Assembly (NCBI GenBank): GCA_964036045.1
Contig: OZ038379.1
Coordinates: 74,958,001-75,022,000 of the forward strand
Direction of reading: 5' to 3'
Length of the DNA: 64,000 nucleotides
Source of the DNA: Eutreptiella sp. 'Long Island Sound 2002'
Taxonomy: Eukaryota; Protista; Euglenida
The notes beneath the pieces are model-generated. The model worked only from the letters and a program-made list of their open reading frames with translations, searched no databases and was not told the origin of the DNA. The translations under genes and the position numbers were made by a program. Positions 35,150-48,739 of this stretch are shown piece by piece (position 1 is the stretch's first letter; the number at the start of each line of letters is the position of its first letter).

Positions 35150-38100
35150 CAGCTCCACTGGCGATTGCCTCGATAGTGAGCGGGTGACTTGTAGGAGTTC
35201 CATTTCCCACCGCCCACAGGCACTATGGGGCTGCATGGCACGAATTCCACTACCCACTGCCTACGGGCACTATGCCGGTGCATTGCAATAGTTTCAATGC
35301 CCCTGCCCCTAGGCAGTGTGGCAGTGCATTACAAGAGTTGCACTACCCACTGCCCCCGTGTCGTACGGTACTGCATTACAGGAGTTCTAAGGCCGAGTGC
35401 CCCGGCGCATTTGAGCACTTCTACTGCTCACTACGCACGAGGACCGTGGCCGTGCATTGCAGTAGTTCTACTCCCCTAAGCCTTTACGCAGTGCGGCACT
35501 GCATTGCAGGAGTTTTCGTGCCCGCTGCCCACGGGCACGGTGGCGGTGCATTGCGGAAGTTCCACTGCTCATTGCCCAAGGCACCGTGGTAGTGCATTGC
35601 GGGCGTGTGAACGCCCATTGCCCGCAAGCACGCTAGCACTGCATTGCAAGAGTTCCCCTACCGATTGCCCGCAGGCAGTGTGGCAGTGCATTGCAAGAGT
35701 TCCCCGACCCACTGCCGGGAGGCAATGTGGCAGTGCATTGCGGGAGTCCCCTTGGTCACTTCCCAGAGGCAGTGTGGCAGTGCATAGCACCACAGTCACG
35801 GCCTACTGCCCGCAAGTTGGGGCGGTGCATTGCAGTAATTCCACCACCCACTACCCCCAAGTAGTGCAGCGGTGCATTACAAGAGTCCCGCCCCCGAGTG
35901 CCCCGAGGTAGTGTGGCGGTGCATTGCACGAGTTCCACTCCCCACTACCCCCACGCATTGCGGCACTGCATTACATTAGTTTCACTGCCCACTGCCCCGA
36001 GGTAATGTGGCGGTGCATTGCAGGAGTTCCGCTAACCCACTGCCCCCAGGCAGTTCGGCGGCGCATTACAAGAGATCCACCAAGCAGTGCCCTTAGACAC
36101 TGTGGCAATCAATTGCAAGTCTTCTAGTGCCCACTGCCCATGGGCAATGTGGCGCTCCATTGCAAGAGTTCGCCTGCATACTGCCCCCGGACAATGCAGC
36201 AGTGGATTACAAGAGTTCCACTACCTGATGCCCCCAAGCACTGCGGCAGCGAATTGCACGCGTTCCACGGCCCATTACCCTCAGGCAGTGTGGCATGCAT
36301 TACATGAGTTTCACTGCCAATTATCCCGAGGCACTGTGGCAGTGCATTGCAAGATTTCCACTGCGCATTGCCCCCAGGAGCGTGGTAGTGCATTACCAGA
36401 GTTCCACTGCCCAATGCCCCTAGGCAATGTGGCAGTGCATTGCAGAAGTTCCAGTGCCCATAGCTCACAAACAACGTAGCAGTGCGTTCCAAGATTTCCA
36501 TTTCCCGTTGCCCCCAGGCAAAGTGATAGTGCATTGCAAGAGCTCCAAAGCCCGCTGCCTCCCGGCGGTGTGGAAGTGTGTTCCACCAGTTCCCCCTCCA
36601 CTAAGCACAGGCAGTGTGGCGTTGCGTTGCACGAACTCCACTGCCTGCTGCCAAACGGCGGTGTGGCAGTGTATTGCGGGAGTTGCACTACACACTGCCC
36701 CCAAGCAGTGTGGTGGTACATTCCAGGAGTTCCATTGCCCAGTGCCTCCAGGCACTCTGGCAGTGCATTGCAGGACTTCCAGTGCTCGCAACCCACAGCA
36801 AATGTGGCGGTGCATTGCAGGTATTCCACTGCCCGTTGCCCCCAAGCAGTGTGGTAGTGCATTGCGGGAGTTGGATTGCCCGCTGCCCGATGCCGCTGCG
36901 GCAATGTGGCAGGGCGTTCAAGAAGACCCCTGCCAACTGAACAGAGGCAATGTGGCACGTGTTCCATTGACCACTGCCCGCCGATTGGTGTGGTAACGCA
37001 GTGGAGGGTCCGCTGCCCAGTGCTTTCAGGCACTGAGGTAGTGCATTGCAGGGTTTCACGGCAGGCAGTGTGGCACTGCATTGCAGGATTTCCACTGCGC
37101 ACAATTCCCACGTAGTGTGGTACTTCATTGCAGGCGTTCCACAGCCCACAGCCCCCTGTAGTGTGACAGTGCATTGCAGGAGTTCCAGCGCCAAGTGGCA
37201 CCATTGAGTGTGGCATTGCATTGTAGGAGTTTTAGTGCCTATGCCCGCAGGCACTGTGGCGGTGCATTGCACGAGTTACACTGCTCATTGCCCAAGGCAC
37301 TGTGGTAGTGCATTGCAGGAGTTTGAACGGCCGTTGCCCGCAGTGCATTGCAAGAGTCCCCTTGGTTGTTTCCCATAGGCAGTGTGGCACTGCATAGCAG
37401 GACTTCCACGGCCCACTGCCCGCAGGCAATGTGGCGCTGCATTGCAAGAATTCCACCGCCCACTGTCCCCAGGCACTGCGGCGGTGCATTACAAGACTTC
37501 CGCTCCCCGGTGCCCCGAGGTCCTGTGGCGGTGCATCGCACGAGTTCCACGCGCCACTACCCCAAAGCACTGCGGCAGTGCCTTGCATTAGTTTCCCTAC
37601 CCACTACCCCCAGGTAATGTGGCGGTGCATTGCACGAGTTCCCCTAAGCCAGTGCCCCCAGGCAGTTCGGCGGCGCATTACATGAGATCCACTAAGCAGT
37701 GCCCTTAGACACTGGGGCAATCAATTGCAAGATTTCTAGTGCCCACTGCCCATGGGCAATGTGGCGCTCCATTGCATGAGTTCGACTGCACACTCCCCCC
37801 GGACAATGCATCAGTGCATTACAAGAGTGCCACTCCCCAATGCCCCCAAGCACTACGGCAGCAAATTGCACGAGTCCCACGGCCCATTACCCCCACGCAA
37901 TGCGGCATGCATTACATGAGTTTCAGTGCCCATTATCCCCAGGCAATGTGGCAGTGCATTGCAAGATTTCCACTGCGCATTGCCCCCGAGAGCGTGGCAG
38001 TGCATTACCAGAGTTCCACTGCCCAATGCCCCTAGGCAATGTGGCAGTGCATTGCAGAAGTTCCAGTGCCCATAACTCACAAACAATGTGGCAGTGCTTT

Positions 38101-41100
38101 GCAGTATTTCCACCGCCCATTGCCCCCAAGCACAGTGGTAGTGCATTGCAAGAGCTCGAACGCGCGCTGCCTCCCGGCAGTGTGGAAGTGTGTTCTAGGA
38201 GTTTCCCCTCCACTAACCACAAGCAGTGTGGCGTTGCGTTGCACAAACTCCACTCCCTACTGCCAAACGGCATGTGGCAGTGTATTGCGCGAGTTCCACT
38301 ACCCACTCCCCCCAAGCAGTTTAGTAGTACATTGCAGGAGTTCCACTGCCCAATGCCCCCGGGGACCGTGGCAATGCATTGCAGGAGTTCCAGTGCTCAC
38401 AACCCACGGCAAATGTGGCGCTTGATTGCACGTGTTCCATGGCCCATTGCCACCAAGAAGTGTGGCAGTGCATTGCACAAAATGGAACGCCCGCTGCTTG
38501 ATGCCGCTGCGGCAACGTGGCAGTGCGTTCAAGAAAACCCCTGCCCACTGAACACAGGCCCTGTGGCGGTTGCTTGCAGGATCTCCATTGCCCACTACCA
38601 AACGGCAGTGTGGCACTGTATTGCGGGACTTCCACTACCAACTGCCCCAAGGCAGTGTGGTACTACATTCAAGGAGTGCCATGGCCCATTGTGCACACAC
38701 ATTGTGGCAGTGTGTTGCAGGAATTCCACTGCCCACTGCCAACCGGCAGTGTGGAAGTGCATTGCAGGAGTTCCACTTCCCACTCCCCCAGCTAGTGTGG
38801 CACTGCTTGCGGGAGTTTGAACGCCCACTGCCCCAACGCCGTGGGGCGGCACATTGTAGGAGCTCCATTTCCCACTGCCCGTAGGCAATGTGGCAGTGCA
38901 TTGCACAAAGTCCGTTGCCCGTTGCCCACGGGCTGTGCGGAATTGCATTGCAGCAGTTCCACAGCCCGCTGCCCGCGGGCAGTGTGGCAGTGCATTGGAG
39001 GTGTTCCGCTGCCTACTGCCTGCACAAAGTGCGGCAATGCATTCCAAGAGTTCGACTGCACACTCCCCCCGGACAATGCAGCAGTGCATTACAAGAGTGC
39101 CACTCCCCAATGCCCCCAAGCATTACGGCAGCGAATTGCACGAGTCCCACGGCCCATTACCCCCAGGCGATGCGGCATGCATTACATGAGTTTCAGTGCC
39201 CATTATCCCCAGGCACTGTGGCAGTGCATTGCAAGATTTCCACTGCGCATTGCCCCCGAGAGCGTGGCAGTGCATTACCACAGTTCCACTGCCCAATGCC
39301 CCTAGGCAATGTGGCAGTGCATTGCAGAAGTTCCAGTGCCCATAACTCACAAACAATGTGGCAGTGCTTTGCAGTATTTCCACTGCCCATTGCCCCCAAG
39401 CACAGTGGTAGTGCATTGCAAGAGCTCGAACGCGCGCTGCCTCCCGGCAGTGTGGAAGTGTGTTTTAGGAGTTCCCCCTCAGCTAACCACAAGCAGTGTG
39501 GCGTTGCGTTGCACAAACTCCACTCCCTACTGCCAAGCGGCATGTGGCAGTGTATTGCGCGAGTTCCACTACCCACTCCCCCCAAGCAGTGTGGTAGTAC
39601 ATTGCAGGAGTTCCACTGCCCAATGCCCCTGGGGACCGTGGCAATGCATGGCAGGAGTTCCAGTGCTCACAACCCACGGCAAATGTGGCGCTTCATTGCA
39701 CGTGTTCCATGGCCCATTGCCACCAAGAAGTGTGGCAGTGCATTGCACAAAATGGAACGCCCGCTACTTGATGCCACTGCGGCAACGTGGCAGTGCGTTC
39801 AAGAAAACCCCTGCCCACTGAACACAGGCCCTGTGGCGGTTGCTTGCAGGATCTCCATTGCCCACTACCAAACGGCAGTGTGGCACTGTATTGCGGGACT
39901 TCCACTACCAACTGCCCCAAGGCAGTGTGGTACTACATTCAAGGAGTTCCATGGCCCATTGTGCACACACATTGTGGCAGTGTGTTGCAGGAATTCCACT
40001 GCCCACTGCCAACCGGCAGTGTGGAAGTGCATTGCAGGAGTTCCACTTCCCACTCCCCCAGCTAGTGTGGCATTGCTTGCGGGAGTTTGAACGCCCACTG
40101 CCCCAACGCCGTGGGGCGGCACATTGTAGGAGCTCCATTTCCCACTGCCCGTAGGCAATGTGGCAGTGCATTGCACAAAGTCCGTTGCCCGTTGCCCACG
40201 GGCTGTGCGGAATTGCATTGCAGCAGATCCACAGCCCGCTGCCCGCGGGCAGTGTGGCAGTGCATTGGAGGTGTTCCGCTGCCTACTGCCTGCAAAAAGT
40301 GCGGCAATGCATTCCAAGAGTTCGATTGCACACTCCCCCCGGACAATGCAGCAGTGCATTACAAGAGTGCCACTCCCCAATGCGCCCAAGCACTACGGCA
40401 GCGAATTGCACGAGTCCCACGGCCCATTACCCCCAGGCGATGCGGCATGCATTACATGAGTTTCAGTGCCCATTATCCCCAGGCACTGTGGCAGTGCATT
40501 GCAAGATTTCCACTGCGCATTGCCCCCGAGAGCGTGGCAGTGCATTACCACAGTTCCACTGCCCAATGCCCCTAGGCAATGTGGCAGTGCATTGCAGAAG
40601 TTCCAGTGCCCATAACTCACAAACAATGTGGCAGTGCTTTGCAGTATTTCCACTGCCCATTGCCCCCAAGCACAGTGGTAGTGCATTGCAAGAGCTCGAA
40701 CGCGCGATGCCTCCCGGCAGTGTGGAAGTGTGTTTTAGGAGTTCTCCCTCAGCTAACCACAAGCAGTGTGGCGTTGCGTTGCACAAACTCCACTCCCTAC
40801 TGCCAAACGGCATGTGGCAGTGTATTGCGCGAGTTCCACTACCCACTCCCCCCAAGCAGTGTGGTAGTACATTGCAGGAGTTCCACTGCCCAATGCCCCT
40901 GGGGACCGTGGCAATGCATTGCAGGAGTTCCAGTGCTCACAACCCACGGCAAATGTGGCGCTTCATTGCACGTGTTCCATGGCCCATTGCCACCAAGAAG
41001 TGTGGCAGTGCATTGCACAAAATGGAACGCCTGCTGCTTGATGCCGCTGCGGCAACGTGGCAGTGCGTTCAAGAAAACCCCTGCCCACTGAACACAGGCC

Positions 41101-44100
41101 CTGTGGCGGTTGCTTGCAGGATCTCCATTGCCCACTACCAAACGGCAGTGTGGCACTGTATTGCGGGACTTCCACTACCAACTGCCCCAAGGCAGTGTGG
41201 TACTACATTCAAGGAGTTCCATGGCCCATTGTGCACACACATTGTGGCAGTGTGTTGCAGGAATTCCACTGCCCACTGCCAACCGGCAGTGTGGATGTGC
41301 ATTGCAGGAGTTCCACTTCCCACTCCCCCAGCTAGTGTGGCATTGCTTGCGGGAGTTTGAACGCCCACTGCCCCAACGCCGTGGGGCGGCACATTGTAGG
41401 AGCTCCATTTCCCACTGCCCGTAGGCAATGTGGCAGTGCATTGCACAAAGTCCGTTGCCCGTTGCCCACGGGCTGTGCGGAATTGCATTGCAGCAGTTCC
41501 TCAGCCCGCTGCCCGCGGGCAGTGTGGCAGTGCATTGGAGGTGTTCTGCTGCCTACTGCCTGCAAAAAGTGCGGCAATGCATTCCAAGAGTTCGACTGCA
41601 CACTCCCCCCGGACAATGCAGCAGTGCATTACAAGAGTGCCACTCCCCAATGCCCCCAAGCATTACGGCAGCGAATTGCACGAGTCCCACGGCCCATTAC
41701 CCCCAGGCGATGCGGCATGCATTACATGAGTTTCAGTGCCCATTATCCCCAGGCACTGTGGCAGTGCATTGCAAGATTTCCACTGCGCATTGCCCCCGAG
41801 AGCGTGGCAGTGCATTACCAGAGTTCCACTGCCCAATGCCCCTAGGCAATGTGGCAGTGCATTGCAGAAGTTACAGTGCCCATAACTCACAAACAATGTG
41901 GCAGTGCTTTGCAGTATTTCCACTGCCCATTGCCCCCAAGCACAGTGGTAGTGCATTGCAAGAGCTCGAACGCGCGCTGCCTCCCGGCAGTGTGGAAGTG
42001 TGTTCTAGGAGTTCCCCCTCAGCTAACCACAAGCAGTGTGGCGTTGCGTTGCACAAACTCCACTCCCTACTGCCAAACGGCATGTGGCAGTGTATTGCGC
42101 GAGTTCCACTACCCACTCCCCCCAAGCAGTGTGGTAGTACATTGCAGGAATTCCACTGCCCAATGCCCCTGGGGACCGTGGCAATGCATTGCAGGAGTTC
42201 CAGTGCTCACAACCCACGGCAAATGTGGCGCTTCATTGCACGTGTTCCATGGCCCATTGCCACCAAGAAGTGTGGCAGTGCATTGCACAAAATGGAACGC
42301 CCGCTGCTTGATGCCGCTGCGGCAACGTGGCAGTGCGTTCAAGAAAACCCCTGCCCACTGAACACAGGCCCTGTGGCGGTTGCTTGCAGGATCTCCATTG
42401 CCCACTACCAAACGGCAGTGTGGCACTGTATTGCGGGACTTCCACTACCAACTGCCCCAAGGCAGTGTGGTACTACATTCAAGGAGTTCCATGGCCCATT
42501 GTGCACACACATTGTGGCAGTGTGTTGCAGGAATTCCACTGCCCACTGCCAACCGGCAGTGTGGAAGTGCATTGCAGGAGTTCCACTTCCCACTCCCCCA
42601 GCTAGTGTGGCATTGCTTGCGGGAGTTTGAACGCCCACTGCCCCAACGCCGTGGGGCGGCACATTGTAGGAGCTCCATTTCCCACTGCCCGTAGGCAATG
42701 TGGCAGTGCATTGCACAAAGTCCGTTGCCCGTTGCCCACGGGCTGTGCGGAATTGCATTGCAGCAGATCCACAGCCCGCTGCCCGCGGGCAGTGTGGCAG
42801 TGCATTGGAGGTGTTCCGCTGCCTACTGCCTGCAAAAAGTGCGGCAATGCATTCCAAGAGTTCGATTGCACACTCCCCCCGGACAATGCAGCAGTGCATT
42901 ACAAGAGTGCCACTCCCCAATGCCCCCAAGCACTACGGCAGCGAATTGCACGAGTCCCACGGCCCATTACCCCCAGGCGATGCGGCATGCATTACATGAG
43001 TTTCAGTGCCCATTATCCCCAGGCACTGTGGCAGTGCATTGCAAGATTTGCACTGCGCATTGCCCCCGAGAGCGTGGCAGTGCATTACCACAGTTCCACT
43101 GCCCAATGCCCCTAGGCAATGTGGCAGTGCATTGCAGAAGTTCCAGTGCCCATAACTCACAAACAATGTGGCAGTGCTTTGCAGTATTTCCACTGCCCAT
43201 TGCCCCCAAGCACAGTGGTAGTGCATTGCAAGAGCTCGAACGCGCGCTGCCTCCCGGCAGTGTGGAAGTGTGTTTTAGGAGTTCTCCCTCAGCTAACCAC
43301 AAGCAGTGTGGCGTTGCGTTGCACAAACTCCACTCCCTACTGCCAAACGGCATGTGGCAGTGTATTGCGCGAGTTCCACTACCCACTCCCCCCAAGCAGT
43401 GTGGTAGTACATTGCAGGAATTCCACTGCCCAATGCCCCTGGGGACCGTGGCAATGCATTGCAGGAGTTCCAGTGCTCACAACCCACGGCAAATGTGGCG
43501 CTTCATTGCACGTGTTCCATGGCCCATTGCCACCAAGAAGTGTGGCAGTGCATTGCACAAAATGGAACGCCTGCTGCTTGATGCCGCTGCGGCAACGTGG
43601 CAGTGCGTTCAAGAAAACCCCTGCCCACTGAACACAGGCCCTGTGGCGGTTGCTTGCAGGATCTCCATTGCCCACTACCAAACGGCAGTGTGGCACTGTA
43701 TTGCGGGACTTCCACTACCAACTGCCCCAAGGCAGTGTGGTACTACATTCAAGGAGTTCCATGGCCCGTTGTGCACACACATTGTGGCAGTGTGTTGCAG
43801 GAATTCCACTGCCCACTGCCAACCGGCAGTGTGGAAGTGCATTGCAGGAGTTCCACTTCCCACTCCCCCAGCTAGTGTGGCATTGCTTGCGGGAGTTTGA
43901 ACGCCCACTGCCCCAACGCCGTGGGGCGGCACATTGTAGGAGCTCCATTTCCCACTGCCCGTAGGCAATGTGGCAGTGCATTGCACAAAGTCCGTTGCCC
44001 GTTGCCCACGGGCTGTGCGGAATTGCATTGCAGCAGTTCCACAGCCCGCTGCCCGCGGGCAGTGTGGCAGTGCATTGGAGGTGTTCTGCTGCCTACTGCC

Positions 44101-47100
44101 TGCAAAAAGTGCGGCAATGCATTCCAAGAGTTCGACTGCACACTCCCCCCGGACAATGCAGCAGTGCATTACAAGAGTGCCACTCCCCAATGCCCCCAAG
44201 CATTACGGCAGCGAATTGCACGAGTCCCACGGCCCATTACCCCCAGGCGATGCGGCATGCATTACATGAGTTTCAGTGCCCATTATCCCCAGGCACTGTG
44301 GCAGTGCATTGCAAGATTTCCACTGCGCATTGCCCCCGAGAGCGTGGCAGTGCATTACCAGAGTTCCACTGCCCAATGCCCCTAGGCAATGTGGCAGTGC
44401 ATTGCAGAAGTTACAGTGCCCATAACTCACAAACAATGTGGCAGTGCTTTGCAGTATTTCCACTGCCCATTGCCCCCAAGCACAGTGGTAGTGCATTGCA
44501 AGAGCTCGAACGCGCGCTGCCTCCCGGCAGTGTGGAAGTGTGTTCTAGGAGTTCCCCCTCAGCTAACCACAAGCAGTGTGGCGTTGCGTTGCACAAACTC
44601 CACTCCCTACTGCCAAACGGCATGTGGCAGTGTATTGCGCGAGTTCCACTACCCACTCCCCCCAAGCAGTGTGGTAGTACATTGCAGGAATTCCACTGCC
44701 CAATGCCCCTGGGGACCGTGGCAATGCATTGCAGGAGTTCCAGTGCTCACAACCCACGGCAAATGTGGCGCTTCATTGCACGTGTTCCATGGCCCATTGC
44801 CACCAAGAAGTGTGGCAGTGCATTGCACAAAATGGAACGCCCGCTGCTTGATGCCGCTGCGGCAACGTGGCAGTGCGTTCAAGAAAACCCCTGCCCACTG
44901 AACACAGGCCCTGTGGCGGTTGCTTGCAGGATCTCCATTGCCCACTACCAAACGGCAGTGTGGCACTGTATTGCGGGACTTCCACTACCAACTGCCCCAA
45001 GGCAGTGTGGTACTACATTCAAGGAGTTCCATGGCCCGTTGTGCACACACATTGTGGCAGTGTGTTGCAGGAATTCCACTGCCCACTGCCAACCGGCAGT
45101 GTGGAAGTGCATTGCAGGAGTTCCACTTCCCACTCCCCCAAATAGTGTGGCACTGCTTGCGGGAGTTTGAACGCCCACTGCCCCAATGCCGTGTGGCGGC
45201 ACATTGTAGGAGCTCCATTTCCCACTGCCCGTAGGCAATGTGGCAGTGCATTACACAAAGTCCGTTGCCCGTCGCCCACGGGCTGTGCGGAATTGCGTTG
45301 CAGCAGTTCCGCAGCCCGCTGCCCGCGGGCAGTGTGGCAGTGCATTGGAGGTGTTCCGCTGCCTACTGCCTGCAAGAAGTGCGGCAATGCATTCCAAGAG
45401 TTCCACTGCCTAGTGCCCCTGGGAATTGTGGCACTGCAATGCAGGAGTATTGCCCACTACACCCAAGAAGTGTGGCAGTGCATTGCAGGGGTTCCAATGC
45501 CAACTCTCCATGGCCCGTGTGGCAGTGCATTGCACGTGTTCCATTGACCGCTGCCCGCAGATTCATGTGGCAGTGCAGTGGAGGGTGTTCACTGCCAAGT
45601 GCTTCCAGGCACTGAGGTAGTGCATTGCGGGATTCCACGGCAGGCACTGTGGCACTGCATTGCAGGAGTTCCACTGCGCACGGCCCCCCTGTAGTGTGGT
45701 ACTGCATTGCAGGCGTTCCATAGCCCACAGCCCGCATGTAGTGTGACCGTGCATTGCAGGAGTTCCAACGCAAAGTGGCCCCATGCAGCATGGCATTGCA
45801 TTGTGGAATTTTTAGTGCCCACTGCCCACAGGCACTGTGGCGGTACATTGCACGAGTTACACTCCTCATTGCCCAAGGCAGTGTGGTAGTGCATTGTAGA
45901 AGTTTGAACGCCCACTGCCCGCAGGCAGCGTGGCCCTGCATTGCAAGAGTTCCCCCACCTGCCCACCGCCACCAAGCAGTGCGGCAATACAATATATGAG
46001 TTTTGGTCGCCATTATCGCCAGACACTGTGGCGGTGCATTGCAAGATTTCCACGGCGCATTGCACCCAGCAACGCAGCAGTGCATTACAAGAGTTCCACT
46101 GCCAAATGCCCCTAGGCACCGTGGCGAAGTTCATTGCAGAAGTTCCAGTGCCCACAGCTCATAAACAATGTGGCAGTGCGTTGCAGGATTTCCAATGCCC
46201 GATGCCCCCAACGAGTGTGGCAGTGCATTGCAGGAGTTCCCCTACCCACTGCCGGCAAGCCATGTGGCAGTGCATTGAAGGAGTGGCCGTGGTCACTTGC
46301 CATAGGGAGTGTGGCACTGCATAGCACGACTTCCACGGCCCGCTTCCGCAGGCAGTGTGGCGGTGCATTGCAAGAATTCCGGCGCCTACTGCCCCCAGGC
46401 AGTGTGGCGGTGCATTACAAGACTTCCGCTCCCAAGTGCCCCCACGTCCTGTGGCGGTGCATGGCAGGAGTTCCACGCCCCACTACCCTCAGGCACTGCG
46501 GCATTTCCTTGCATTAGTTTCCCTACCCACCAATCCCAGTTAATGTGGCGGTGCATAGCAGGAGGTCCCCCAACTCAGTGCCCCAAGGCAGTTCGGCAGC
46601 GCATTACAAGAGATCCACCAAGCAATGCCCTTGGGCATTGTGACAATCAATTGCAATATTCCTACTGCCCACTGCCCGTAGGCAATGTGGCGCTGCATTG
46701 CAAGAGTTCCACTGCACGTTGCCCCTGGACAATGCAGCAGTTCCACTCCCCCATACCTACGAGCACTATGGCGGTGCATTGCACGAGTTCCACTGCCCCT
46801 TGCCCCCAAGCAGTGCGGCCATGCATTACATGAGTTTCAGTGCCCATTGCCCCAAGGCACTGTGGCGGTGCATTCCAAGATTTCCACTGCGCATTGCGCC
46901 CATGACCGCGGCAGTGCATTACAACAGCTCCACTGCCCAATGCCCCAGGCACTGTTGCAGTGCATTGCAGAAGTTCCAGTGCCCATAGCTCACAACGAAA
47001 ATGGCGGTGCATTGCAGTATTTCCACTGCCCATTGCCCCCAAGAGCTGTGGCAGTGCATTGCAGGAGTTGGAACGCTGGCTGCCTCCCGGCAATGTGGCA

Positions 47101-48190
47101 GTGCGTTCGAGATATCCCCTACCCACTGAAGATAGGCAGTGCGGCGGTGCGTGGCAGCAACTCCATTGCCCGGTGCCACACAACAGTGTGGCACTAGATT
47201 GCGGGACTTACACTACCAACTGCCCCAAGGCAGTGTGCTACTACATTGCAGGAGTTGCATGGCCCATTGTGCACACAAATTGTGGCGGTGCGTTGCACGA
47301 ATTCCACTGCCCAATGCCGACAGGAAGTGTGGAAGTGCATAGCAGGAGTTCCACTTCCCACTGCCCCGAGGCAGTGTGGGAGTGCTTGCGGGAGTTTGAA
47401 CGCCCACTGCCCCAACGCCGTGCGGCGGGTCATTGTAGGAGCTCTATTTTCCACTCCCCGTAGGCAATGTGGCAGTGCATTTCACGAAGTCCGCGGCCCG
47501 TTGCCCACGGGCGGTGTGGCAGTGCACTGCAAGAGTTGCACAGCCCGCTGCCCGCGGGCAGTGTGGCAGTGCATTGCACGGGGTCCACTACCTACTTCCT
47601 CCAAGCAATGCGGCAATCCTTTCGAAGAGTTCCATTGCCTAGTGCCCCCGGGCATTGTGAGGGCGTATTGCAGGAGTTCAAGTGCCTACCGCCCACCTCA
47701 CTGTGGCAGGGCAATGCATTATTTCCACTGCCCACTGCACCCAAGCAGTGTGGCACTGCATTGGGGGGGTTCCAATGCCCACTCTCCATAGGCAGTGTGC
47801 CAGTGTATTGCACGAGTTCCATTGACCACTCCCGCAGATTGGTGTGGCACTGCACCGGAGAATTTCCACTGCCCAGTGCTCCCAGGCACTGAGGTGGTGC
47901 ATTGCAGGGTTCCACGGCAGGCACTGTCGCAATGCATTGCACGAGTTCCACTACCCACAGCCCCCATGTAGTGTGGCAGTGCATTGTAGGAGTCCCAACG
48001 CCAAGTTCCCCCATGCAGCGTCGCGGTGCTTTCTAAGCGACTGCCCGCACCGTGGCGGTGCATTGCACGAGCTGCACCGCCCAGTGCCCGCACGCAATGT
48101 GGCTAAGCATTGCAGGAGTTTCACTGCCTACCGCCCCTATGAAGTGTGGCGGTACATTACCGGAGTTCCACCGCGCACGGCCCGTGGGCT
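35150..48190 (+). repeat. 47-bp satellite with a homogeneous 1270-bp higher-order repeat core (~37780-45400, ~6 copies)
   Basis: Monomer approximately ggcagtgtggcagtgcattgcaggagttccactgcccactgccccca. Near-identical ORFs recur at 38888, 40158, 41428, 42698 and 43968 (period 1270, about 27 x 47). Confidence 0.97.
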
Positions 48191-48739
48191 TTGAGGCAGT
48201 ATGTTGTTGGTTAATCTAGTATAGCTCACACCATGCAATGCAGCATGCACACACAGTGCAGTGCAGTGCAGAGCACGAAGCAATGCAACTTACGACACAA
48301 AGTGTACTGAGCCCAATAGACCGTTCTATGACAGTGCGGAGGCGTTGGAAGAGCAGCACCGGCCAAGTTCAACTGTGCACTGGTCCCGACTATACAAGAA
48401 CGCACTAGCACACTGCGCGCACTCAGACACACCCCCTCGTGTGTACTTGTACTAGTTGATAGACATCCCAGCCATTGCCTTCTTGCAACACCGCCTTAGG
48501 CACAGCGCCACACACCATAGTGCCATGTCCCACACCCCCACATACCACGACCCCACACACCACAACCCCATACACCGTGACCTACGATCACCAACTGGGC
48601 TAGACTCCCTGCCCCTCCAGCGTGGGAGCATGTGCCACAAGGGGCTGCCATCCCGCAAAGTTGCACCGTGAGCTGCAACCGGCGGCTGAGCTGGACTCGC
48701 CGTTCCCCCGGGATGTGAGCCCACGCCATAGGGCGCTAT

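Noticed and set aside
34300-35150. GC-rich unique segment considered as a possible rDNA or tRNA fragment
   Set aside because: No conserved rRNA signature or cloverleaf was recognised; left unclassified.
38888-45170. Five 400-aa Cys/His-rich ORFs and many overlapping shorter ORFs
   Set aside because: They are translations of the 1270-bp HOR. The frame shifts by one base per copy, both strands are similarly open, and no domain is recognisable.
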